Assembly (NCBI GenBank): GCA_945957185.1
Contig: CAMFKA010000001.1
Coordinates: 1 to 27,218 of the forward strand
Origin: an uncultured Chlamydiaceae bacterium
Lineage (GTDB): Bacteria > Chlamydiota > Chlamydiia > Chlamydiales > Parachlamydiaceae
Reading direction: 5' to 3'
Length of the DNA: 27,218 bases
In this document: piece after piece, positions 14,786 to 22,608 of the stretch
Layout of the letters: each line of letters begins with the position of its first letter
Position numbering within the stretch: position 1 is the stretch's first letter
The notes under the pieces: model-generated
Database searches by the model: none
Seen by the model: only the letters and a program-made list of their open reading frames with translations
Told to the model about the DNA's origin: nothing
Translations under genes and position numbers: made by a program

Positions 14786-15586
14786 ATGATTGAAATTACC
14801 AGTTTACAAAACCCAAAGATTAAGCATCTTACAGCTCTTCGCGAGAGAAGGGAACGAGATCGCTCCAACGAGTTCACTATCGAAGGATACAGAGAACTCC
14901 TCCGCGCGGTCGACGCCGGATGGCGCATGACGCAACTGTACTACTGCCCTGAATTTTTCCTGGGCAGCAACGAACAAGCCCTGATCGATAGAATCGAACG
15001 TTATGGCGCTCAGTTATTTAGCTGCTCAAAGCCGGTGTTCGAAAAACTTTCCTACCGCGATAGACCCGACGGATTAATCGGTGTGAGCGAACAAAAGACG
15101 ACCTTACTGCATGAAATGAAAAAAGATTTTCTCATTGTCGCCGAAGCAATCGAAAAGCCGGGGAACTTGGGGACGATTTTGCGCACAGCAGATGCAGTGG
15201 GAGTCGACGGTTTGATTTTAGCCGACAAATGCACCGACTTGTTTAATCCGAACGTTGTCCGGGCCAGCGTAGGCACTTTATTTTCCGTTCCTATCGCCGA
15301 AGCCTCCGGAGAAGAGTCGCTTAAGTGGCTAAAAGACAACAATATACAGATTTTAGCCGCCACCCCTCATGCACAATACGAATACACAGACGTCGATTTA
15401 ACAGGTCCTCTTGCGATTGTTCTTGGAACCGAACAGTTAGGACTCTCCGAAAGATGGATGCAAAATGCCGACATTCAAGTCAAAATCCCCATGATGGGAA
15501 TCGCCGACTCGCTGAACGTTTCTACAGCTTCCAGTGTTCTTCTTTATGAAGCCCTAAGGCAAAGGCGCCGCAAACAAAATGGTTAA
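14786..15586 (+). CDS. SpoU/TrmH family RNA 2'-O-methyltransferase
   Basis: Motifs ITSLQNPKIK, IEGYREL, IEKPGNLGTILRTADA, VLGTEQLGL and IPMMGIADSLNVS. Confidence 0.95.
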   Translation: MIEITSLQNPKIKHLTALRERRERDRSNEFTIEGYRELLRAVDAGWRMTQLYYCPEFFLGSNEQALIDRIERYGAQLFSCSKPVFEKLSYRDRPDGLIGVSEQKTTLLHEMKKDFLIVAEAIEKPGNLGTILRTADAVGVDGLILADKCTDLFNPNVVRASVGTLFSVPIAEASGEESLKWLKDNNIQILAATPHAQYEYTDVDLTGPLAIVLGTEQLGLSERWMQNADIQVKIPMMGIADSLNVSTASSVLLYEALRQRRRKQNG

Positions 15587-16214
15587 TGTGCTCTTTGAGG
15601 ACAACCACTTGCTGGTTTTAGAGAAACCAGCGGGATTGTTAACAATCGCCGGAGGAACCGAAGAAGACAATCTGCAAGATCAGGGGCGGGAGTATCTAAA
15701 AATTTCCAAAAATAAGCCTGGAAACGTTTTCTTGGAGCCCGTACACCGTATTGACCGCCCCGTGAGCGGGATTGTGTTGTTTGCTAAAACAAGCAAAGCG
15801 TTGTCGCGGCTTATGGCAGCAATGCGAGAGGGAAAATACGAAAAAATTTATCAAGCAAAGGTGGAAGGGAAGTTCGATCAATTGGAAGGACGATTGATCC
15901 ATTATCTAGTCCACGATGAATACCACGCACAAGTGGTAAATAAATCCCATCCGCAAGGGAAGGAATCTCGTTTAAGTTATCGTGTAATAGAAAATGACGA
16001 TGTGTCTTTAGTCGAGATCGCTCTGGAAACGGGGAGATATCATCAAATTCGTGCTCAGATGGCAGCGGTAGGGCATCCGATTGTCGGAGACACTCGCTAC
16101 GGCAGCAAAACTCCTTTAGCAAGGATTTTGTTGCACCACAGTCGATTATCCTTCATGCATCCCGTGACTCAAAACCCCGTTACAGTTGAGTCTCCAGCGG
16201 CTTGTCATATATAA
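15579..16214 (+). CDS. RluA/RluD family pseudouridine synthase (no S4 domain)
   Basis: Motifs LVLEKPAGL, VHRIDRPVSG (catalytic Asp), ETGRYHQIR and HPIVGDTRYG. 8-nt overlap with the methylase. Confidence 0.95.
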   Translation: MVNVLFEDNHLLVLEKPAGLLTIAGGTEEDNLQDQGREYLKISKNKPGNVFLEPVHRIDRPVSGIVLFAKTSKALSRLMAAMREGKYEKIYQAKVEGKFDQLEGRLIHYLVHDEYHAQVVNKSHPQGKESRLSYRVIENDDVSLVEIALETGRYHQIRAQMAAVGHPIVGDTRYGSKTPLARILLHHSRLSFMHPVTQNPVTVESPAACHI

Positions 16215-17199
16215 CTTCGTCAATCAAATAGTCATTATTGAGTCTTAAGGTGCAGTTCAAGTTTAAATAGCGACCCCCGTAAGAAATGGTTTCTAAACGA
16301 TCTGTGTGATTGATGATATCGTGAGCTTGCAATTTTGGATTAAATGTTACTCGGATAGCTTGTATTTTGCGTGTTTTAGGTTCTTGTATTAATGAAACAT
16401 AAATATCGAATCTAGAAAGTGTGAAAGGTTTGTATGCGACGTACTCGCCTTCATTTAAGATGGTTAATAATTGATGTGGTAAGATGTTATCAGATTGTAT
16501 AGCTCTGAATAACCCACCAACATTCTTTATAAGTCCGGTAAAGCCTATACCTTCAGCGCCCTGTGTTATTAGTCTATGTCCGGATTCATAAGTACTTTGA
16601 TAAAAAAAGCGAGAGTTGTCGTTGTTTACACGAGAACGGTGAAGTGGCCATGGAGAAACTGCTGCAGCGTTCAACTGATCTTTGACTTCCATTGCAAAAT
16701 TGGAAGAGGCTTCTTTAAGTTGATTTAGACGAGGAATCAATGTTTGCTGCCTTCTCAATAATTGAGCGTGATCCAAAGCGAAGCCATAAGACTTTGCATT
16801 TCGTTTAAGCACAAAAGAGACGCCAATGAGATTAAAGAAAGGAATGGCGCTGCCGATCGATGTCACCATTCTTTTGACGCCTTTTAAAGCATCTTTTCCT
16901 TGATTCATTGCTTCGGATAAATTGAGGCTAGCTAAAAACCACAGTGCAGCAACAGTCCTCACAACACAACGAACGGTACCATAGGTAAAGCCAACGACAC
17001 CGGAAATGGGAGACAGAAGAATTTTGGTAACTGCGTAAAAATGATCGCTAACAGAGGATTGGAGGAGAGGGGGTTTTGACATTGTGCTATTTTTAGGAGG
17101 AGTTAATTTTATCCATCCTGCAGCAATGGCAGGCTCGAGAATTAAACTATCGTGAGTGTTAATGTCTATAGATCGTAACACGCTAATTAAAGTCGACAT
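16180..17199 (-). CDS. Hypothetical protein with a two-lobed hydrophobic region (possible Inc-like effector)
   Basis: Long ORF that is visibly AT-richer than its neighbours. ATG 17199 has an AAGGT RBS and a consensus promoter upstream. The hydrophobic segments are ILLSPISGVVGFTYG...VAALWFLASL and IGSAIPFFNLIGVSFV. Confidence 0.7.
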   Translation of the reverse strand: MSTLISVLRSIDINTHDSLILEPAIAAGWIKLTPPKNSTMSKPPLLQSSVSDHFYAVTKILLSPISGVVGFTYGTVRCVVRTVAALWFLASLNLSEAMNQGKDALKGVKRMVTSIGSAIPFFNLIGVSFVLKRNAKSYGFALDHAQLLRRQQTLIPRLNQLKEASSNFAMEVKDQLNAAAVSPWPLHRSRVNNDNSRFFYQSTYESGHRLITQGAEGIGFTGLIKNVGGLFRAIQSDNILPHQLLTILNEGEYVAYKPFTLSRFDIYVSLIQEPKTRKIQAIRVTFNPKLQAHDIINHTDRLETISYGGRYLNLNCTLRLNNDYLIDEVIYDKPLETQL

Positions 17200-17228
17200 T
17201 CTATTACCTTTTTTCAATTTAAAATAAA

Positions 17229-17258
17229 ATTATATCACACTTTTTTCTTTATTGTCAA
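17229..17258 (-). promoter_or_regulatory. Perfect-consensus promoter
   Basis: Minus strand TTGACA (17258-17253), 18 nt, TATAAT (17234-17229), with TG-N immediately before the -10. Confidence 0.8.
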
Positions 17259-17315
17259 TTTTATAATTAAAAGGGAGATAGCCGGGATGAATGCGGTATA
17301 AGTGTCAACATTCAA

Positions 17316-17484
17316 GGAACGATAGCAAGACAACGCGGAGACGCGGGGACGCAGGGACGCGGAGTTTTTTTTCTTTTATAAAAAAATATAATTGTGATTT
17401 TTGTCTAGATAACAGGGTCTTCTTTACCACGTTAGGAACTTCTCCGCGTCCCTGCGTCTCTGCGTCTCCGCGTGAATCTGTTCC
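17316..17484. repeat. GC-rich octamer inverted-repeat element, family A copy 2
   Basis: ACGCGGAG ACGCGGGG ACGCAGGG ACGCGGAG (17333-17364), an AT-rich core, and four inverted units (17442-17473). Confidence 0.9.
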
Positions 17485-17558
17485 TTTTGTTGGATGTTAA
17501 TTTTCAATAAGATAAGAAATATAATGAGTTAGGTTGACGCCGATGCAGTCCCCTGAGG

Positions 17559-18599
17559 TTATTTGATAGGAGGGATTGTTTTTAAGATTAACTCCAACTC
17601 CTGATACTCCGCTAACACACGGTCCACCTCGTGCAGTGTCAACACGATCGTGGGGTGGTTCACACTCGGAGACTCCGTTAACGCCGTTTTCAACTGCAAA
17701 AATGGAGCCCGTATCACCTCCAAAGGGATACCCTTATCTTGACGGTAAAGCTCTTTCGAAATTGTCTCCAACGTCTTAACAACCTCCACTAATGCATCTC
17801 CAAGGTCTTTGTCATCAAGCGGAGCCTCATTAGCAGCTGTGTGGCACAATTCAATCAGCATCAAACTCGTCTTGATGGCAACGTCTTTGGCATCTCCTTT
17901 AACCGCTTTTTCCGCCAAATTCCCCGCAATAACCAGGGCTGCTCCGGCAAACTGCGGCCGAGTGCCCATAGCGTGCAAGGCCAACTTCCCTAACGTAGTA
18001 TTCACCTGAACGCATAAGGAGTCGAGATGTTCCCGTAAACCGAGCTCAAAAAGACCTTTTAAGCGCTCATATAAAAAATAAATGACATAACCCACTCGCG
18101 CGGAATCCAAAGCGTCCGATGCTGACAAAAACTGCTTCCCAATCATCAACTGAGCGTCCACTCCCGCCGATGCTAACGAGACATTGGATTTTCTTACTGC
18201 TTTGGTGTTGATCTCATGAATCGCCTCTATCCAGTCGCATAGTTCCGGTTCGTTTTGTCGAAAAATGCATTTTTTAGCTTCGTTCTGATAGCCCGCCAAC
18301 AGATGAAAAGGGTCCGATTCCGACCGAGAGATTCGAAACAACTCCCAAGTCGATAAAATGGCGATTACGACAGTGAAATAACTGACTGCCGGATGAAAAT
18401 AAGATCCCAAAACGGTCAACAAAATCGCTGCTAACGTAAGAAATTCGAGCAGAGAGACGATCCAATTGCGACTAAAATATCCAAGCGCTTTTGTTGAAAT
18501 ATTTTTTTGAAGTTTCAAATTGCCGCGCCATGCGGATTGTCTTGTGATCACCAAAAGAGCAAATAGCGCGATCGCAATAAGCAGGGATATTTCCGTCAT
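17559..18599 (-). CDS. Membrane protein of unknown function (three N-terminal TM segments, helical C-terminal domain)
   Basis: 346-aa ORF preceded by GGAGA. It has three hydrophobic stretches in the first ~90 aa and an alanine/leucine-rich helical remainder. Confidence 0.75.
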   Translation of the reverse strand: MTEISLLIAIALFALLVITRQSAWRGNLKLQKNISTKALGYFSRNWIVSLLEFLTLAAILLTVLGSYFHPAVSYFTVVIAILSTWELFRISRSESDPFHLLAGYQNEAKKCIFRQNEPELCDWIEAIHEINTKAVRKSNVSLASAGVDAQLMIGKQFLSASDALDSARVGYVIYFLYERLKGLFELGLREHLDSLCVQVNTTLGKLALHAMGTRPQFAGAALVIAGNLAEKAVKGDAKDVAIKTSLMLIELCHTAANEAPLDDKDLGDALVEVVKTLETISKELYRQDKGIPLEVIRAPFLQLKTALTESPSVNHPTIVLTLHEVDRVLAEYQELELILKTIPPIK

Positions 18600-18682
18600 A
18601 GTGTTTCTCCGTTACGTCTCTTAAGGTCTACCATGTCAGCAAAATTTCTTCCAGAATTTTTGTGATGCAATCCAAATTTCAG

Positions 18683-18711
18683 TTGATTTTTAATTTTGTT
18701 TTTGATAAAAT
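18683..18711 (+). promoter_or_regulatory. Near-consensus promoter for the 18754 gene
   Basis: TTGATT, 17 nt, TAAAAT, with TG-N before the -10. RBS AAGAGGT downstream. Confidence 0.7.
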
Positions 18712-18753
18712 AGTTATTTTAAATCAGATAAACATTAAATAAAGAGGTTTGTT

Positions 18754-19242
18754 ATGAGTTTTTATATACATGGATGTAACAGTGTGGATGCTGCTCCTTC
18801 AACCTTCAAATATCAGCTCTCCGCAACGTGTGCAAAAAGGCATCTTGCAGATTTTAAATCGGGATTCTTCCAAAATAGACTTTATTTTGTAATTGGAACT
18901 CTCGAATCTGCAATGCATACTGTTTCATCTGTTGTACATGTGGCGATGGCGATTTTGTTTGTGCCCGTTAAAGCTGTCATCAATACGCTCTCTCTACTTC
19001 TTCCGGAGAGAAACCCATTTATGAGAAATGCAACTCTTTGTCAGCGAATTAGTAAAATTCTAAATCCTAAAGAATGGGTTGTAACGAGAAATGTTGCTTG
19101 GGCAATAACACACCTCACGAGTACGCTTAATAGTGGGATTGGGGTGCTAGCACCTGTAATCGCTTATGGTATAGATAGAGTTGTGTTGTCTCCACTTCAT
19201 CGATCGATCGGCACAAACGACGTCGGTCGCTTGTATTGTTAA
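18754..19242 (+). CDS. Hypothetical hydrophobic protein (possible Inc-like effector)
   Basis: 162 aa, with its own promoter, RBS and downstream hairpin. It has a long hydrophobic stretch (LYFVIG...AMAILFVPVKAVINTLSLLL) and a second one (GIGVLAPVIAYGI). Confidence 0.75.
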   Translation: MSFYIHGCNSVDAAPSTFKYQLSATCAKRHLADFKSGFFQNRLYFVIGTLESAMHTVSSVVHVAMAILFVPVKAVINTLSLLLPERNPFMRNATLCQRISKILNPKEWVVTRNVAWAITHLTSTLNSGIGVLAPVIAYGIDRVVLSPLHRSIGTNDVGRLYC

Positions 19243-19263
19243 TCTCAATCTATTGCGAGTCCT

Positions 19264-19291
19264 GAACAACCGACCGAAAAGTCGGTTGTTC
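19264..19291 (+). terminator. Hairpin downstream of the 18754 gene (probable terminator or stability element)
   Basis: Perfect 11-bp stem GAACAACCGAC/GTCGGTTGTTC with a 6-nt loop. The U-tract is weak. Confidence 0.55.
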
Positions 19292-19315
19292 CATTCTTAT
19301 CACATTAATCATTAG

Positions 19316-19343
19316 TTGCAGAGAAAGAAAAAAACGGTACAAT
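19316..19343 (+). promoter_or_regulatory. Putative promoter for gmhA-lpxK-gltT
   Basis: TTGCAG, 16 nt, TACAAT. Confidence 0.55.
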
Positions 19344-19368
19344 TAACGTAAAAAACCGTGTGTTTCTT

Positions 19369-19971
19369 ATGCTCAAAAAAAGCCTTTTATTTTCCATATC
19401 CGAATCGATTCGCGCAATGACACTCCTTTCTGAACCGTTTGCAGTTGAATTTATGGAAGATGCCGCAGAGATGATTGCGACTTGCTTTGCAGAAGGTGGA
19501 AAAATCATCATTGCAGGTAACGGAGGCAGCCTTTGCGATGCGATGCATTTTGCAGAGGAACTCACAGGGCAATTCAGAAAACCAAGACAAGCACTTCCCG
19601 CCATCGCTTTATCAGAACCCGGGCACCTTACGTGCGTGTCGAACGATTTTGGCTTTGATCACGTGTTTTCACGTGGTGTTGAAGCGTTCGGTAAAAGTGG
19701 AGACATTTTCATCGGCTTGACGACAAGCGGCAACTCAGAAAATATCGTCAAAGCCTTTGCTGCAGCAAAGGAGCGCGGCCTCAAGACAATCGCATTCCTC
19801 GGCAAAGAAGGCGGTCGTCTTCGAGGGCAAGCTGATTTGGAGCTGATCATCAATGGATTTTCCACTTCCGACCGCATTCAAGAGGCTCATATGGCCGCAA
19901 TCCACATGATCATCGAACTTGTAGAGTACCACCTGTTCAAAGAAAGTGCCGTCCAGCCTGCGACGAGATAA
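19369..19971 (+). CDS. gmhA: Phosphoheptose isomerase (sedoheptulose-7-phosphate isomerase)
   Basis: Motifs GNGGSLCDAMHFAEEL, SNDFGFDHVFSR, TTSGNSEN and RIQEAH. The start is ATG 19369 or GTG 19360. Confidence 0.93.
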   Translation: MLKKSLLFSISESIRAMTLLSEPFAVEFMEDAAEMIATCFAEGGKIIIAGNGGSLCDAMHFAEELTGQFRKPRQALPAIALSEPGHLTCVSNDFGFDHVFSRGVEAFGKSGDIFIGLTTSGNSENIVKAFAAAKERGLKTIAFLGKEGGRLRGQADLELIINGFSTSDRIQEAHMAAIHMIIELVEYHLFKESAVQPATR

Positions 19972-19975
19972 TTTC

Positions 19976-21106
19976 ATGTTTAAACATTACTTGCAGTCCC
20001 GCACGTGGGAAACTTACTTTTTAAATGTTATCAAAGGACGAAAGTCGGGGATTATTCCTTCTCTCCTTCGTCCGATTCTTCTGCTTTTCAGCTGGGGTTA
20101 TGCCGCAGGGATCTGGCTGCGCAATCGGGCGTACGATATGGGGTGGATGAGAAAGTACTCCCCTCCGGTTCCTCTTGTTATCAGCGTCGGTAACATCGTA
20201 GCGGGAGGGACAGGAAAAACTCCGGTCACACTCATGCTGGCGAAAGAGTTTTATACACAAACCCAGATTGCAATTCTATCTCGTGGATACCGCTCCGAAG
20301 CGGAAAAACTGACAAATCCAGTCTGGATCAGCAAAGGGCACGGCCCTATATTGCCCGCACACTACTGTGGCGATGAACCGTATCTACTCGCAAAAAATCT
20401 GCCCAATGCCTACGTGTTTGTCGGCTGCAATCGGCATAAAGCGTCAAATATGGCAGCAAAAGCCGGTGCGCGAGTGATTTTACTCGACGATGGAATGCAG
20501 CACCGTGCGCTTGCTCGCGACCTCGATGTTGTCGTCATCGATGCGATAGACCCTTTTGGCCTCGGTCACTACCTTCCACGTGGGTTGTTGCGAGAAAGTT
20601 TGGACTCATTGAAACGTGCAGACCTGATTGTCATCAACCACGCTGTCGATGAAGCGCGCTTCAAAACCGTAGGGGAGCTTTTAGAGCGGTATACGAAGTC
20701 TCCACGCGTGGGTGTGAAGATGGAAGTGGACCAAGTGATGGATTTCAACGATCAACCTTACGGCGATTTGAAAGGCAAAAGGGTAGGTTTGTTTTGCGGA
20801 ATCGCGCATCCCGAATATTTTAGGAATACGCTTAAAAGCAGCGGAGCCATCGTTGTCGACGAAATGATCGTTCCCGATCACATGCCTTTTGATATGATGA
20901 GGTTGGAAGAGTTTGCACTGCAATGCAAAGGGAATAATGCCGAAGTCTTAGTCTGTACTGAAAAAGACCGCGTCAAGTTTTCGGGAGCTTTAGATTTAAT
21001 TCTTCCCGTTGTTTGGTTAAAGATGAAACTCTCCGTAGTATATGGAGAAGAGAATTGGAAGATATTTACCTCGAAGGCGATTGAAAATTTAAAACGAAGA
21101 CTGTAA
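19976..21106 (+). CDS. lpxK: Tetraacyldisaccharide (lipid A) 4'-kinase
   Basis: Motifs ISVGNIVAGGTGKTP, ILSRGY, GDEP, LLDDGMQH, GLLRE and TEKD. Start placed at ATG 19976, 4 nt after the gmhA stop. Confidence 0.96.
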   Translation: MFKHYLQSRTWETYFLNVIKGRKSGIIPSLLRPILLLFSWGYAAGIWLRNRAYDMGWMRKYSPPVPLVISVGNIVAGGTGKTPVTLMLAKEFYTQTQIAILSRGYRSEAEKLTNPVWISKGHGPILPAHYCGDEPYLLAKNLPNAYVFVGCNRHKASNMAAKAGARVILLDDGMQHRALARDLDVVVIDAIDPFGLGHYLPRGLLRESLDSLKRADLIVINHAVDEARFKTVGELLERYTKSPRVGVKMEVDQVMDFNDQPYGDLKGKRVGLFCGIAHPEYFRNTLKSSGAIVVDEMIVPDHMPFDMMRLEEFALQCKGNNAEVLVCTEKDRVKFSGALDLILPVVWLKMKLSVVYGEENWKIFTSKAIENLKRRL

Positions 21107-21146
21107 TATGAGCAGAATAATTAAATAGTGAAAGATGGTGTAGTGC

Positions 21147-22409
21147 GTGAAGCTTTGGATGAAAATTTTATTAGCATTAGTGTTTGGTGTGATTTTTGGA
21201 GGTGTGCTTAATCAAGACTTCCCTCAATTATTTCAGGCTATCGATCAAAATCTCCTCGATCCCATTGGCTCCATATTTCTGAACCTCATCAACATGATTA
21301 TCGTCCCTCTGGTGCTCTCCTCGATGACAGTGGGGATTACTAGCATTCATGACCCGCAAAAGCTGGGTCGTGTCGGTATCAAAGTCATTCTGATCTACAT
21401 CGTTACGACAGCAATCGCCATTGGAATCGGTTTGTCTGCGGCAAAGATTTTTCATCCCGGAGAGGGGTTGGAGCTGACCGGCGCTGCAACGGAATTAGTG
21501 ATTAATGACGCTCCCACAATTAAAGAAATCATCCTTTCGATTGTTCCAAAAAATCCGATCGCTTCTCTTGTCAGTGAAAACGTTCTCCAAATCATTGTTT
21601 TCTCAATATTTTTGGGACTTTCGATTAATTTTGCCGGAGATAAAGGACGCCCCCTTCGCGAATTCTTAGAGTCGCTTGCGGAAACGATGTATAAGCTGAC
21701 CGGTATCGTCATGGAGTTCTCTCCCATTGGTGTTTTCGCTATTATGGCCTCTGTGACAGGGAAGTTTGGATGGTCTGTCCTTAAACCTCTTTCCCACTTC
21801 CTTTTTGCCTACTACTTCGCTTGTGGGATCCATGTTTTGGTTGTTTTCTGCGGGCTGTTGTGGCTCTTTGCAAAACTCAATCCTTGGCACTTCTTCCGCG
21901 GAATGGGCGATGCGATTATGATGGCATTTTCGACTTGCAGCAGCTCTGCAACGTTGCCAGTCTCTATGCATTGCGTCCAACGCAATTTAGGGGTCTCGAA
22001 AAACCTCACCAGCTTTATTCTTCCGTTAGGATCGACAATCAACATGAACGGAAGCGCCATCTACCAAGGGATGGCTGCGATATTTGTCAGCCAAGTTTAC
22101 GGCATCCATTTGGATTGGTCGGCATTGCTTACGATTGTCTTAACGGCAACCCTATCAGCGATAGGGGCTGCAGGGATACCGGGAACGGGATTTTTGATGC
22201 TTAGCGCGGTGTTGACTTCTGCGGGATTGCCGACGGAGGGGTTGGGGATTCTTTTGGGAATTGACCGTCTTCGTGAAATGGTTTCGACTGTATTGAATGT
22301 TTTAGGCGATGCTGTCGTTGCTATTGTAGTGGCAAAGCAAGAGGGAGAGTTAGACGAGCGGCAATACAATCATGAGAAGCTCGTCGAAATGGAAAGCTCC
22401 GAAATCTAA
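21147..22409 (+). CDS. gltT: Dicarboxylate/amino acid:cation (glutamate) symporter
   Basis: DAACS motifs AFSTCSSSATLP, PLGSTINMNGSAIY and IDRLREMVSTVLNVLGD. GTG start. Confidence 0.93.
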   Translation: MKLWMKILLALVFGVIFGGVLNQDFPQLFQAIDQNLLDPIGSIFLNLINMIIVPLVLSSMTVGITSIHDPQKLGRVGIKVILIYIVTTAIAIGIGLSAAKIFHPGEGLELTGAATELVINDAPTIKEIILSIVPKNPIASLVSENVLQIIVFSIFLGLSINFAGDKGRPLREFLESLAETMYKLTGIVMEFSPIGVFAIMASVTGKFGWSVLKPLSHFLFAYYFACGIHVLVVFCGLLWLFAKLNPWHFFRGMGDAIMMAFSTCSSSATLPVSMHCVQRNLGVSKNLTSFILPLGSTINMNGSAIYQGMAAIFVSQVYGIHLDWSALLTIVLTATLSAIGAAGIPGTGFLMLSAVLTSAGLPTEGLGILLGIDRLREMVSTVLNVLGDAVVAIVVAKQEGELDERQYNHEKLVEMESSEI

Positions 22410-22414
22410 TTTAA

Positions 22415-22559
22415 GCAACGATAGCAAGCCAACGCGGAGGCGCGGGGACGCAGGGAAGCAGAGAAAATTGGGGATCCCAGTGTCTAGAAAAAATCACAAT
22501 TACATTCTTTTAAAAGGAAAAAAAACTCTGCGTCCCCGCGTCTCCGCGTTATCTTGTTC
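22415..22559. repeat. GC-rich octamer inverted-repeat element, family A copy 3
   Basis: Four units at 22432-22463 and three inverted units at 22526-22549. The core matches the copy 2 core in reverse orientation. Lies between convergent gltT and icd. Confidence 0.9.
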
Positions 22560-22608
22560 TTTTTCTATAAATTAGGTTGACGCTTATGCCAGGGCCTCTT
22601 GCTCTTGC

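Noticed and set aside
17291-17500. Track ORFs 17291..17500 and 22372..22575 share NDSK(T/P)TRRRGDAG
   Set aside because: The shared peptide is simply the translation of the family A repeat arm, not evidence of a protein family.
17576-17779. Pro/Thr/Ser-rich 67-aa + strand ORF
   Set aside because: Entirely antisense to the 346-aa membrane protein gene, with no RBS or promoter.
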